This document shows, piece by piece, positions 11,871 through 21,584 of a stretch of 64,000 nucleotides of DNA. Made by a program: the position numbers and the translations under genes. Source of the stretch: an uncultured Methanosarcinaceae archaeon (GTDB lineage: Archaea > Halobacteriota > Methanosarcinia > Methanosarcinales > Methanosarcinaceae); NCBI GenBank assembly GCA_963733675.1, contig CAVTET010000001.1, forward strand, positions 1,056,001-1,120,000, in the 5' to 3' direction. The notes beneath the pieces are model-generated. The model was not told where the DNA came from. It made no database searches and was given only the letters and a program-made list of their open reading frames with translations. Position 1 is the first letter of the stretch. Each line of letters opens with the position of its first letter.

Positions 11871-11982
11871 AATTTAGCTGTAAAGCTAATTAATTTTAGC
11901 TACAGGGCGAAATATATTTTGCTGTACAGCTAATTAATATGGCTCTACAGCTAAATTGGGATTAGGTTCTACAGCTAAATTG
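11871..11982. repeat. Cluster of direct and inverted TACAGCTAA(A/T)T repeats (iteron/origin-like)
   Basis: AATTTAGCTGTA 11871-11882; palindrome GCTGTACAGC 11921-11930; TCTACAGCTAAATTG twice (11944, 11968); AT-rich tract at 11790-11850. Confidence 0.75.
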
Positions 11983-12024
11983 AAAAGTCTGTCCAGGATC
12001 TTTCAGCCTCATTTATGGTGGGTT

Positions 12025-13793
12025 TTACTCTTGTTTTATCTCCATGAGTATCCGCGTAATAGGCTCCCAAGTTTCGACACCTTTCTCATCTATATACCTG
12101 TCAGGATAGCGGACAATATCGACATCTGTTTTCAATCTGTTACCTGCACCCAAAACGATCTCGGATGCATCACACATCAGCTTTCTTGCTATCTCTATCT
12201 CTTTGTCTGCCATCTTTCCGTCGCACTCAATCATCACTGCATCGTGAACTGGTGCAACAATTTTAATTTTATTCTCCGAAAGAAGGATGCATGCCACTCT
12301 AAGAATTTCAGCCCCAGTGGCTTGAATTGGAAAATTTTGGACAGTCAACATTTCCTTATTGCTGGAGCCTGAAACAATCATTTTCCATTTGTAGCAGGTT
12401 TCGATCCTTTTCATCAAACAGGCTTGAGTCCAGGTCATATCTACCCACCGCCAATAATTTTTGAAAATTCTTTTATGATGACTCAACAGTTCTTTTGCAT
12501 AAGGTGTAGGCTTGCCAATTTTAAACCCAAGTGATTCTGCACCCAGGCCATATTGAACGCCGAGTACACAAGATTTAAAAAGCTGTCTCACACTACCATG
12601 CGTTTCTTTTGTAGCATCTGCGGGGATTGAACCTGCTAATTTTGCAAAAGCTAGATATGGAGCCCCACTCTTATATGCCTCAATCATATTGGGGTCATTA
12701 GAAAGAACAGCTGCGATAAAGAATTCTTGTTGTGCATAATCAATATCTGCAAGTACTTTTCCCTCAGTCGGTGTTATTAGACTTCTCAGACTAGCAGGAA
12801 GTCAAAACATAAACCTAACTCTTAATTCTTCTCTATTCTTCTTCTCCTCGTCATCCTTAGGGGCATTTCTACCAGTCTTAGTTCAGAATGGGGAGATTAA
12901 GGTTCGACTTCTGCCATCTGAACCAGCCATAATAGACTTAAAGTTTAGCCCACCGATAAGAGCTTTTAATTCCTTCAAAGACCCTATTTCAGGATGGATT
13001 TCTGCCATTGCCTTGAAAGTTTCCTTATCGTTTTTGGCAGACCTGTATCAGTTCTCGGCCACATCCAATTATTGACTTGAATTGATCTCTCAAGATTATG
13101 TATCTTAAAACTAGTTCCTTCGTAAATTCCAAATTTGTCAATATTTTTGATCAACTTTAATTTTATTTTTTCCCATTTTTTTTGTAACTCATTAAGTAGA
13201 TAGGTATCAATTGGCACACCATTATATTCGATTTCTGCCACAGATTTCATATACTCCCCCCGATAGAGAGAAGTTGGTATATCAAAATCAGGAACCGTAA
13301 TCATCCGTTTGAATAACTCTACTGTTTCAAGCACTTCAGATTCACAATAACGCATAATGTATTCTTGATCTTCTTCAGAGTAAGGAGCGCCAGCTAAAAT
13401 ACGATCTCTTGCAGCATCTTTCTCCACTTTGCTAATAGTATCTATGCCAAAAGCTTTACACGCATCCAGCAGGTTTGCACCTCTTCTTTCATAAGAATGA
13501 TTAGTAAAGCATCTGTACTCTACGAACGTATCAATCACATTGAATGGCAAGGGCCAGTTTAAGACCAGGTGACACCCACACTCTGCTGAGCTCATGTGAG
13601 CAACAAATAAGTCATTTTCATTTATTGAATATGGTGGATGACGATTGTTTTCTCCAAAAAGCCACAGTCTTTTAGTTTCTCCAGAATTAATCTCATGGGA
13701 AACAACACAAACAGGTATTGGATGTTCGCTAGGTTTTGCGATGAATTCAAAGTCTATCACGTAAATGCGATCAAAAAATGGTAGGGGGAGCAT
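12025..13793 (-). pseudogene. Family A DNA polymerase (3'-5' exonuclease plus polymerase), one frameshift and two TGA stops
   Basis: Exo I IDFEF; TKTGRN; motif A DIDYAQQEF (read by hand at ~12720-12750); motif B RQLFKSCVLGVQYG; QNFPIQATGAE; motif C PVHDAV. Confidence 0.9.
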
Positions 13794-14362
13794 TAAAGCT
13801 CGCCTCTGAGTCTCTTTAAAACAGGGTGATTATAGTCATCTATGAACCGATCCTTGAAAGCTATCTCAATAGCCTTGATTATATTCTGCGGTTCCTCAGG
13901 CCATTCAGGTTCCGGAAGCTTACTAACTGCTAAAACGATGTCGTAAGCGCCGATTGAGTCATTCCTTTGCAACTTTACCCATTGAGTTTCCCCTTTAGTG
14001 TATGCGATCCGTCGGGTACGGTTGAACTCATTGTCCTTACCTTCCACGTCAGGTTGGGCTATTTCTGAGAGAAATATTTCACCTGACCCGTAGATAATTC
14101 CAACGTAAATTCTCACAAGCTTTAGCTTTTTTGTCTCGATCACCTTAGGATACAGATCTGGATTGAGGAGGTATTTTCCTTCCCCCTCACTGTTGCCGCC
14201 TAAATCCAAGAGATAAGTGTCGAATTTCCATTTTGGCCCTGGCCTGATCCTGAAAAATTTCACACGAGTGTTGGGCTTTCTAAGAGGAATTGAAGTTAAC
14301 ATGTGCTTTATAAGGATGGGGGTAACTTCGGTAACTCGGAGAGTCTCAAAATTGAAGGGCAT
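13793..14362 (-). CDS. Conserved hypothetical protein coupled to the polymerase gene (possible ssDNA-binding/replication factor)
   Basis: Stop overlaps the polA start; IPLRKP..FFRIRP and PEPEWP...IAFKDRFIDDYNHPVLKRLRG resemble, from memory, proteins next to polA in bacterial integrated elements. Confidence 0.65.
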   Translation of the reverse strand: MPFNFETLRVTEVTPILIKHMLTSIPLRKPNTRVKFFRIRPGPKWKFDTYLLDLGGNSEGEGKYLLNPDLYPKVIETKKLKLVRIYVGIIYGSGEIFLSEIAQPDVEGKDNEFNRTRRIAYTKGETQWVKLQRNDSIGAYDIVLAVSKLPEPEWPEEPQNIIKAIEIAFKDRFIDDYNHPVLKRLRGEL

Positions 14363-14590
14363 CTAAAAAACCTCCTTTGTTGAATTGAAGATTTTTAAAA
14401 GACACCTCAACCCGCACGTAGATAAGTTGAAGAAAGAACATATATTAAGGATACTGCCTATATTAATCATAGATATCACTCCTGATTTGTTTAGGAATTG
14501 GTACCACATGAGCGGTTTTGCAAGCGTCGGAAGCCTCCAAGCAAACAGGCGCGTGCAAATCACCAAAAATATCAAATTTTGTTTTTTGTA

Positions 14591-14782
14591 TCAAAGCAAT
14601 CCTCTCTCCTGTGTTACCGCTTTGAGAGTTGTTTCTCCTCGTTCAACAGATTTTTTTATTTGTTGGAGACGATGCTGGGCCATTTGTTCAATTTTGATCA
14701 TTGTTTGGAACGCTTTGGACATATGTTGATCCAATTCGTTGTTTATGGATAAATTTTTATCATATACTGAGACGGTATTCAT
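14591..14782 (-). CDS. Small hypothetical protein
   Basis: 63 aa helical ORF whose ATG overlaps the stop of the upstream AbrB-like gene. Confidence 0.5.
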   Translation of the reverse strand: MNTVSVYDKNLSINNELDQHMSKAFQTMIKIEQMAQHRLQQIKKSVERGETTLKAVTQERGLL

Positions 14783-14985
14783 TGGTATTCACCACTGTGG
14801 AAATGGTCAATAGCTGCCGTATTTTGTAGCGTATCGCCAGCTATGAGTTTCAGTCTATTTTTGCTGTTCATATCTACCATCAAAGTTTTCGCTTCTAAAT
14901 CCATTGATCTCATCCACTGCATCGGAAGTGAAATCAAATAACTTCCATCTTGTTTGACAACAGTTCTGTTTCTAGATTTAAACAT
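14779..14985 (-). CDS. AbrB/MazE/SpoVT-like DNA-binding protein
   Basis: RTVVKQDGSYLISLPMQW swapped-hairpin motif; RBS GAGGT. Confidence 0.7.
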   Translation of the reverse strand: MFKSRNRTVVKQDGSYLISLPMQWMRSMDLEAKTLMVDMNSKNRLKLIAGDTLQNTAAIDHFHSGEYQ

Positions 14986-15053
14986 ATTTACCTCGCAATT
15001 AATGTTGTAATGCAGATGAGGAGATGTAACTGATTACATACAGTTATATTTTG

Positions 15054-15157
15054 TAGGTAATAAAAATCAAAATACCTATATATAGGTCAATTTTTACAAT
15101 TTACCTACTATTATAGGCCAATCACCAATACGTCTTAATAAAGGTTTGAGCTACCTA
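15054..15157. promoter_or_regulatory. Putative operator array in a divergent promoter region
   Basis: Perfect palindrome ACCTATATATAGGT at 15074-15087, plus TACCTA/TAGGT half-sites at 15054, 15102, 15114 and 15152. Confidence 0.55.
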
Positions 15158-15163
15158 TAAAAT

Positions 15164-16180
15164 ATGAAAACAGAAACTAACAAAGAATTAATTTTAGGTA
15201 GTTTATTCGAATCCCCTAAAACAACTGGACAATTAGCACGTGGACTAAACTATGTTAATAAAAAGGGCACCGCCGGTTATAGTACAATTAATAATGATTT
15301 GAAAAAACTTATAGAAAAAGGATATATTGAAGGTAAAATAGTGAAAATTAAGGGAAAACGTGGACAGCCTCCAACATTATATTCATTTGTTTTCAATATT
15401 CCGAATTTAATTGGCATACTGGCAGAGTATCCACGTTTAATGCCAAAAATGCAAAAAAACGCTTCAATTTCCGAAAATATATTATCTCATTATTCAGACA
15501 TAATTTATGGTTCGAATGACAGTGAATATTGTAACACATTTGGGAAAAATGGAAATGAAAGCTGGTCTTTAGCATCTAGGGAATTATTTATCCACGCCGT
15601 ATATTCAACTTCTGATTCACTTTCTGTTTCACTTAAGAAGGATTGGGAAGAAAATTCAGGAGCTGAACTTTTTGAAAAAACAAAAAAAGATTTTGAGATA
15701 AAATTACAATTGTCTCCTGAATTTTTCAGACTTTTCCTGACCAATGATAAAAATAAATTAATGACGGATATTAAACAACTTGCTAAATTGTCAGAAACTA
15801 ACATAATATTCTTAACGGATTGGGACTATAATCATCACCCAGATAAATTGCTATCAATATTTGGAACAACTTTATCTATCAATATAGCGTTCGAAGCATG
15901 CGTTTCCATGGATATAATAAAAGGCCAATCCAATAAAGAAGCCATAAAATACTTCACACAAAAAAAGAACGAAGTGTCAGATGCAGAAATTGCACATTTA
16001 AGAAATTATTATATGCATACTAAATTTGCACCTAAGTTTCTTAAAGGGAAAAAATTAATTCCCATTCAAAATCTCAAACTTGAAAAGATAGAAAAAGAAT
16101 TCGAAGACCATGGAGGAGATTACATAGTTTATTATACTCCAGTAAACCAGGGATATAAGAATAACAGGACAATCTACTAA
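15164..16180 (+). CDS. Winged-helix regulator with a large C-terminal domain of unknown function
   Basis: N-terminal wHTH (SPKTTGQLARGL...INNDLKKLIEKGYIE...RGQPPTLY); divergent from the AbrB-like gene. Confidence 0.7.
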   Translation: MKTETNKELILGSLFESPKTTGQLARGLNYVNKKGTAGYSTINNDLKKLIEKGYIEGKIVKIKGKRGQPPTLYSFVFNIPNLIGILAEYPRLMPKMQKNASISENILSHYSDIIYGSNDSEYCNTFGKNGNESWSLASRELFIHAVYSTSDSLSVSLKKDWEENSGAELFEKTKKDFEIKLQLSPEFFRLFLTNDKNKLMTDIKQLAKLSETNIIFLTDWDYNHHPDKLLSIFGTTLSINIAFEACVSMDIIKGQSNKEAIKYFTQKKNEVSDAEIAHLRNYYMHTKFAPKFLKGKKLIPIQNLKLEKIEKEFEDHGGDYIVYYTPVNQGYKNNRTIY

Positions 16181-16260
16181 AATTAAAATTTTGACAGTAT
16201 AATTTTGTCTACTTTCGTTTTTAGTTAGGATACTCAAACCCTATATAACAGATTTATTTT

Positions 16261-17427
16261 TTAAGTGATTTTAGCTAGCAACTCATTAAGTCTTGCTTCA
16301 ACTAACTCGTTAATTTTTGATTTTAGTAATTCATTAAGACTATCATCAACAGGTTTAGCTTTTTCTTCTAAATCCATGGCAGTTTTTAGCGTCAAAACAG
16401 CACCGCACTTATAACAGAAAAGATTATTCGGCGTGTTTATGTTCTTACATCTTGGGCAAACATTAGTTTTTGGTTTATTTTCATCTTCTTTAATTTCAAT
16501 ACCATTTGCTCTCAAAATAGCCTGATCCACATCTCTGCCAGACAAGTGGACGTAAATACTAGGCATGTTAGAACCCTGAACCCATCCAAAATGCATATTC
16601 ATTTGAGCTTCTGTCAAATGATTTGCCATGTAAGTCGCCCTTGAATGCCTGAAAAGATGAATATGAACTCTTTTTTTAATTCCAGCTTCTTCTGCCACCC
16701 TTTGCAACTGCATTCTTATCGCGTCATATTGCATGCCTTCAATGCCCTTTTTCCTGCGTGAAAGATTGAACCATAAAGGAGCTTCTAAATTATCTTTTTC
16801 AGGATGCTCTTCTAACCAGTTCATCAAATATGAGACGCTCCAGACAGCTCTCACCCTTCTTGGGCCAGTTTTACCATTGACGATTATCACTGCCCCATAC
16901 TCATCAAATTTGATATGTTTAATTTTTAGCGTGCCTACTTCTCCAATTCGTGCACCAATATCCCATAATAAGCCTATCATAGCTTTATCACGAGTATTTG
17001 GTGCGGCATTTATCATTTTAATGATTTCTTCTTCTGTTAGCAAATCTTCAGGCAGCTTCTTATCTTTATTTATAATGTTAGTAGTAAACCATTTCGTGAG
17101 TTCAGACTCGTCTCCTTTCGACAACCATCTATAAAACTTCTTCAGTGTAATTTTATATTCGCGCCTACTTGCTTCACTTTGCGTTTTTTTGTTGATTAAG
17201 ATTAAAAGATATTCAATATCCTTTTTAGTGGCTTTGTCAAAGTCCTTATTCATCAAAATTGCAATACTTTTTAGCGTGGCAACATATTTCAAAATCCGTT
17301 GATCTGATAAACCTTCAATATAACAGCTATGAACAAAATCTTTAATTAACCTTATATTTTCTTTTGACAGTCCGGAGCCATCTAAAGTATCTATTCTCGC
17401 TTGTACGTTTATCTTGTAAAGTTCCAT
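16261..17427 (-). CDS. Tyrosine recombinase/integrase with C-terminal zinc ribbon
   Basis: GARIGE, GKTG, HLFRHS, FGWVQGS, SIYVHLS; CPRC...CYKCG; intact 388 aa. Confidence 0.93.
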   Translation of the reverse strand: MELYKINVQARIDTLDGSGLSKENIRLIKDFVHSCYIEGLSDQRILKYVATLKSIAILMNKDFDKATKKDIEYLLILINKKTQSEASRREYKITLKKFYRWLSKGDESELTKWFTTNIINKDKKLPEDLLTEEEIIKMINAAPNTRDKAMIGLLWDIGARIGEVGTLKIKHIKFDEYGAVIIVNGKTGPRRVRAVWSVSYLMNWLEEHPEKDNLEAPLWFNLSRRKKGIEGMQYDAIRMQLQRVAEEAGIKKRVHIHLFRHSRATYMANHLTEAQMNMHFGWVQGSNMPSIYVHLSGRDVDQAILRANGIEIKEDENKPKTNVCPRCKNINTPNNLFCYKCGAVLTLKTAMDLEEKAKPVDDSLNELLKSKINELVEARLNELLAKIT

Positions 17428-17816
17428 TTCTCGCCTGACTAAATGTAGGGCCCATTAGTATTTAAAAGTAATTAAGTGCATCGAACATTAAGTTCTGATC
17501 AGTAAAAGAACATCTTTTGAGCAAAAGGGATCTATTCAGAAACACGAGATTCAGCTCAAAAAGAGTTCAGAGGAAGAGTTTATGCAGGAATTAAAAAAAT
17601 ATTCAAGACAGGGTAAGATCTTGGGTCAGCGTCCGAAGACTACATAGATCATCATTTTGCAAGCAATATGATAAATTTAGTTTATATATCCTTTATGATA
17701 TAATTGAAATTTTTCATAAACCAACAATTATCGGCAACATTATCAGAAAAATTTTATATACTTAATAAATTAATCAGTATCTAGCAGTAATTTATGAGGT
17801 GATCTTAATATCCAAC

Positions 17817-18092
17817 ATGAGAAATTTTGTTTTACGAGGGAAAGACGGCAGTGAACAGGGTATTTTCACTGGAAAACAGCCTCGACAAGCTGCTTTGAAA
17901 GCTGCAAATCGAGGCAAGGGGACAAAGTCAAAACCGGAGATTATCAGCCTCCGGGAACGCGGAACAAAGAAAGTACATGTTTTCAAGGCATGGAAGCAAA
18001 TTGTCGAAGCCCCAAAAAATAAGCCTAGCTGGATGCCAGAAAAAATCAACAAGCCCTTTGTCAAAAAAGAGAAAATAGAAACAATCGAATAA
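17817..18092 (+). CDS. Non-histone chromosomal protein MC1
   Basis: RNFVLR...FTGKQPRQAALKAANRG...LRERGTKKVHVFKAWK...WMPEKI; the expected start position reads ATA (17808). Confidence 0.95.
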   Translation: MRNFVLRGKDGSEQGIFTGKQPRQAALKAANRGKGTKSKPEIISLRERGTKKVHVFKAWKQIVEAPKNKPSWMPEKINKPFVKKEKIETIE

Positions 18093-18291
18093 ATATAGGT
18101 TCTTTTATATGCCCTGAAACTCGGGGTTCTTTCATTTCTTTTTGATATTCATAAACTAAATTAGCCTGGAAATGTTGTTTCATAGCTAAGACTGTTTGAT
18201 TGAACAACACTTTTCTCCTGCAAATTCAGTATTTCAGTCCATAAATCCAAAAATCACTAAATTTTGGACCATAATCCATAAGGGTGAATTT

Positions 18292-18960
18292 TTATTTTAT
18301 CAATCCTTTCTGGACATACCAATCATAATCATGAGCAAAGCGCTCCTTATTGAATTTTGCCAGCTGGCAAAAATATTCTGTTCGCTGACGATGTATTTCA
18401 TCCTGGTCGGTATATTTGATTTCTCCGCGGATTGACTTTACCAACTTCTTCCCAAGATTTTGCGCAGGCCCGATATAATTCTCAAGTGCAGAGGGGTCTC
18501 TTCCGATTACAACTTCAATGCTTCCGACAACGGTAACGCCAAGATTTATGAGAACTCCATTCATGTATTTCAAGACTTCATCGTCACTGCTCCCACCAGC
18601 TGTGCATACCGAGTACCCAAATTTTCCAGTCAGCGTCTGGCAGTGAATTGCATCTGAAAGTCTATCGAAAAGAGTTTTCATTGGACCCGGAACAGAGTTA
18701 ATGTAGTTAGGAGCACCAAGAACAACTCCATCAGCGTTCATAATTTTTCCAAACATCTCCATAAAATTATCAAATAAAAAACATTCACCTGTAGCATAAC
18801 AGGCTCCACATCCAGTACAATATTCGATATTTAGTTTATATAGATCTATAATCTCAGTTTTTGTCCCTTCAGATTCAGCACCTTTGATGACAAAATTTAC
18901 CAGTTTCAAGGTGTTACTCGCATTGCCCTTTGGACTTGTATTGATTCCAATGATTTTCAT
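18292..18960 (-). CDS. Iron-sulfur flavoprotein (flavodoxin family, Isf-like)
   Basis: INTSPKGNASNT FMN loop; CTGCGACYATGEC cluster motif; ADGVVLGAPNY. Confidence 0.88.
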   Translation of the reverse strand: MKIIGINTSPKGNASNTLKLVNFVIKGAESEGTKTEIIDLYKLNIEYCTGCGACYATGECFLFDNFMEMFGKIMNADGVVLGAPNYINSVPGPMKTLFDRLSDAIHCQTLTGKFGYSVCTAGGSSDDEVLKYMNGVLINLGVTVVGSIEVVIGRDPSALENYIGPAQNLGKKLVKSIRGEIKYTDQDEIHRQRTEYFCQLAKFNKERFAHDYDWYVQKGLIK

Positions 18961-18994
18961 TTAGCTTCCTGGATGAAATACTTCAAAATAAAAA

Positions 18995-20505
18995 TTATTT
19001 TGCCGTTTTTTTACCTTTTGCAGGTATACCTGGATAATTTATTGAACTTGCTTTTCCTCCTACCAGAGAAGCGAATATTCCAATGAAACAGAAGATCGTA
19101 AACAGAATAAACGCATAATGCAAACTTAAAAAGAATTGCGGATAATAATCGGGCGTGATCTCTATAGGGCCGATAAAAATCGCAAAAGTCATCATTGCAA
19201 CACCCATCGAAAGCATCTGACCAAGGAGTCGCATAGTCCCGTCCATCCCATATGCAACGCCGTAAAATTTTTTGTCGACTGAACTCATAATGGCATTTGT
19301 GTTAGGGGACGAGAAAAGCCCGTAACCTGCGCCAAGTACGAGGAGACTGAAAATCAGGTACCAAAGAGATATTTCGTCTGTGAGGAAGACTAGTAGGAAG
19401 AGTCCAATTGTAGTTAAAGCCATTCCTGCAGATGCAACGATCCTTGGCTCAACTCTGTCGGAAAGTTGGCCAGCAATCGGTGAAATCATAGCTTGGACAA
19501 CTGGCTGAACAACCAAAATAAAACCTGCATACTCAGGGTGTGAATCCTCTCGTATACTGCAGGTAAAGGCTTAAGAGAAAAGTCACTGCGTAAGTTGCAC
19601 TGTAATTAATGAGAGTAGATAGGTTCGAAAAAGCAAAGGTTCGGTTTTTGGTTAAAAGGGCTATATCAAGGGCAGGAGACGAAATCCGCATCTCATACAG
19701 AGCAAAAAGCAGCATTCCAATAATTCCAACAGCTATCAGAACAGCACCTTTTAATTCAGAGATGACTGAGAAACCGTACATAACGGCAAGGACAGCGAGA
19801 CCGTAGATAATTGATCCTGTCAGGTCAAAAATATCTCCCTTGCACTCGGCCCATTCATCTTTGAGTTTCCAGAGAATTAAAAGAATTGTTGTGATGCCAA
19901 TAGGTACGTTTACGAAGAAAATACTTCTCCAGCCAAGAAGATCTGTCATGAAGCCGCCAAGGAAAAGGCCGATTGAAAGGCCAATATAAACTGCGATAAT
20001 GTAGATACCAAGAACTCTCCCACGCTCGCCTGAGGGAAAAACAGAAGTCAATATAGCAACCGCCGGTTCCGAAGATCATGGCACTTCCTATACCCTGTAT
20101 GACTCGGATTGCAATCAGCATCTCTGTTGAAGGGACCATTGTCATTGCAAGGGATGCAAGGCTGAAAAGCGCTATTCCATAGAGATAAATTTTTTTTCTC
20201 CCATAAATATCGGCGATTTTTCCGAAAGGAATCAGAAAGATTGCTGCAGTAAGAAGATATGCAGTTGCAACTCATGAGAGGGCAATTGCGTCCATGTGAA
20301 ACTCTTTCCCCATCGAATGAAGGGCAAGGTTAACTGCTGAGCCATCAAATGGAGTGATAAATCCCAAAAGTACCGCGATAAAAAGTACAATTCGTTTTTC
20401 TGTATCATTGGTAGAGGTATCAGGAGTTTTGCATGTCTCAGTAACTTCAGGGAGTAGTTCGGTATTTTCAGCAAATGATTTATTATTACTTGGTTTTTTC
20501 ACCAT
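18995..20505 (-). pseudogene. DHA2-type MFS transporter pseudogene
   Basis: Consecutive fragments (FDGSAVNLAL, RVIQGIGSA, LGWRSIFFVNVPIG, LFSSPNTNAIM) broken by a TGA at 20272-20274 and two frameshifts. Confidence 0.88.
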
Positions 20506-21584
20506 GTATATCACTGATCTGCAAAGCCATCGGCGACTATTGAGAGCATTAAGAATTAAAAACATATCGAAGATCAAGATAAATTTGTTACACAAGAAAA
20601 TCTTTCAGGAATAAAGATCCTTTAGATCGCTCAGCTTATTGTAGTCTTTTTTAGATATAGTTAACTGATACACTTTTTAGTATTATCTACTTGTTATGCA
20701 TAGTATCTCTTTTTACTAGTTTTCAATATTCTCGTCCTCTCGTTCTCTTGAACCTTAGAATAAAGGGCATTACCCTTGGCTCCACATCCTCGGCCTGTGA
20801 TTCTCCAAAAAGTTCTCAAAGTGCTGGTAGATAACTTCAACATCAGGTCAAATATGACCGTTGAAGAAGACGTGAAAATACTCATGTGTCAAGTATGAGT
20901 TTAAGGCTAAAAGGAAAAACCTGAAGAGGAATAGTGAATAGCTTGTTTCAAGTTATGGCTCTCTTTGTTTTTGATTACAAGTTTTTACATTAACAATTTA
21001 GTAGGGAATGGAGGGGGAAAAAGTATCATGATCTCCAATTTGCTGAAAGTAGTTTTTATCGTGCTTATCCGCTTGCATTAAAAACAGAAGGTAGCAATAA
21101 GGGCACAATCGCAAGAATTGAAAAAAATACACAATAAATTGAATCTAAAAGAATAAGAACTTTTTATAGAATTGTCTGGTGAAGTTAAAATAACTGAGGT
21201 GCAGCATCTCAACCTCCAACACAAGTTGATCGTTGCAGAGTCAGCTAGTTTTTAGGTTTAGTTTATAAAATCTATATATTCAAATTGTTGAAATAGGAGG
21301 TTTATCGAAATTCTCTATTCTAAGGATCTTAGAGAAAGGCGACAGTGAAGTTTAATTGATCTATATTACCTAAACGTAGTTAAATAGAAGTCTATCTCAC
21401 TATATTTAGGTAGATTAGACGGCAAATTTGGAGAACATCTTATTTTTTTGGATAACACGGCTGTAAACAATTTGATTTAGGTATCAATGATTAAATTATT
21501 TGGCCACTAGTTTTTCTCTCAAAATCGCTAAACACTTCTTTTTGACTCCAAAGCTATTATTCTATTTTTTTAATCTTGAAGTCA

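Larger units (their letters stand above)
10221..17427 (-). mobile_element. Integrated PolA-encoding element (satellite/PICI-like island), partly decayed
   Basis: Integrase, regulators, family A polymerase module and terminase-small-like gene clustered, mostly on the minus strand; att sites not identified. Confidence 0.75.

Noticed and set aside
11871-11982. CRISPR-like mini-array
   Set aside because: Repeats are about 12-15 bp, in mixed orientation, with spacers too short and irregular; no cas genes in the window.
9958-17790. att sites or a tRNA target for the integrase
   Set aside because: No tRNA-like sequence and no convincing direct repeat at both ends could be found by eye, so the boundaries remain undefined.
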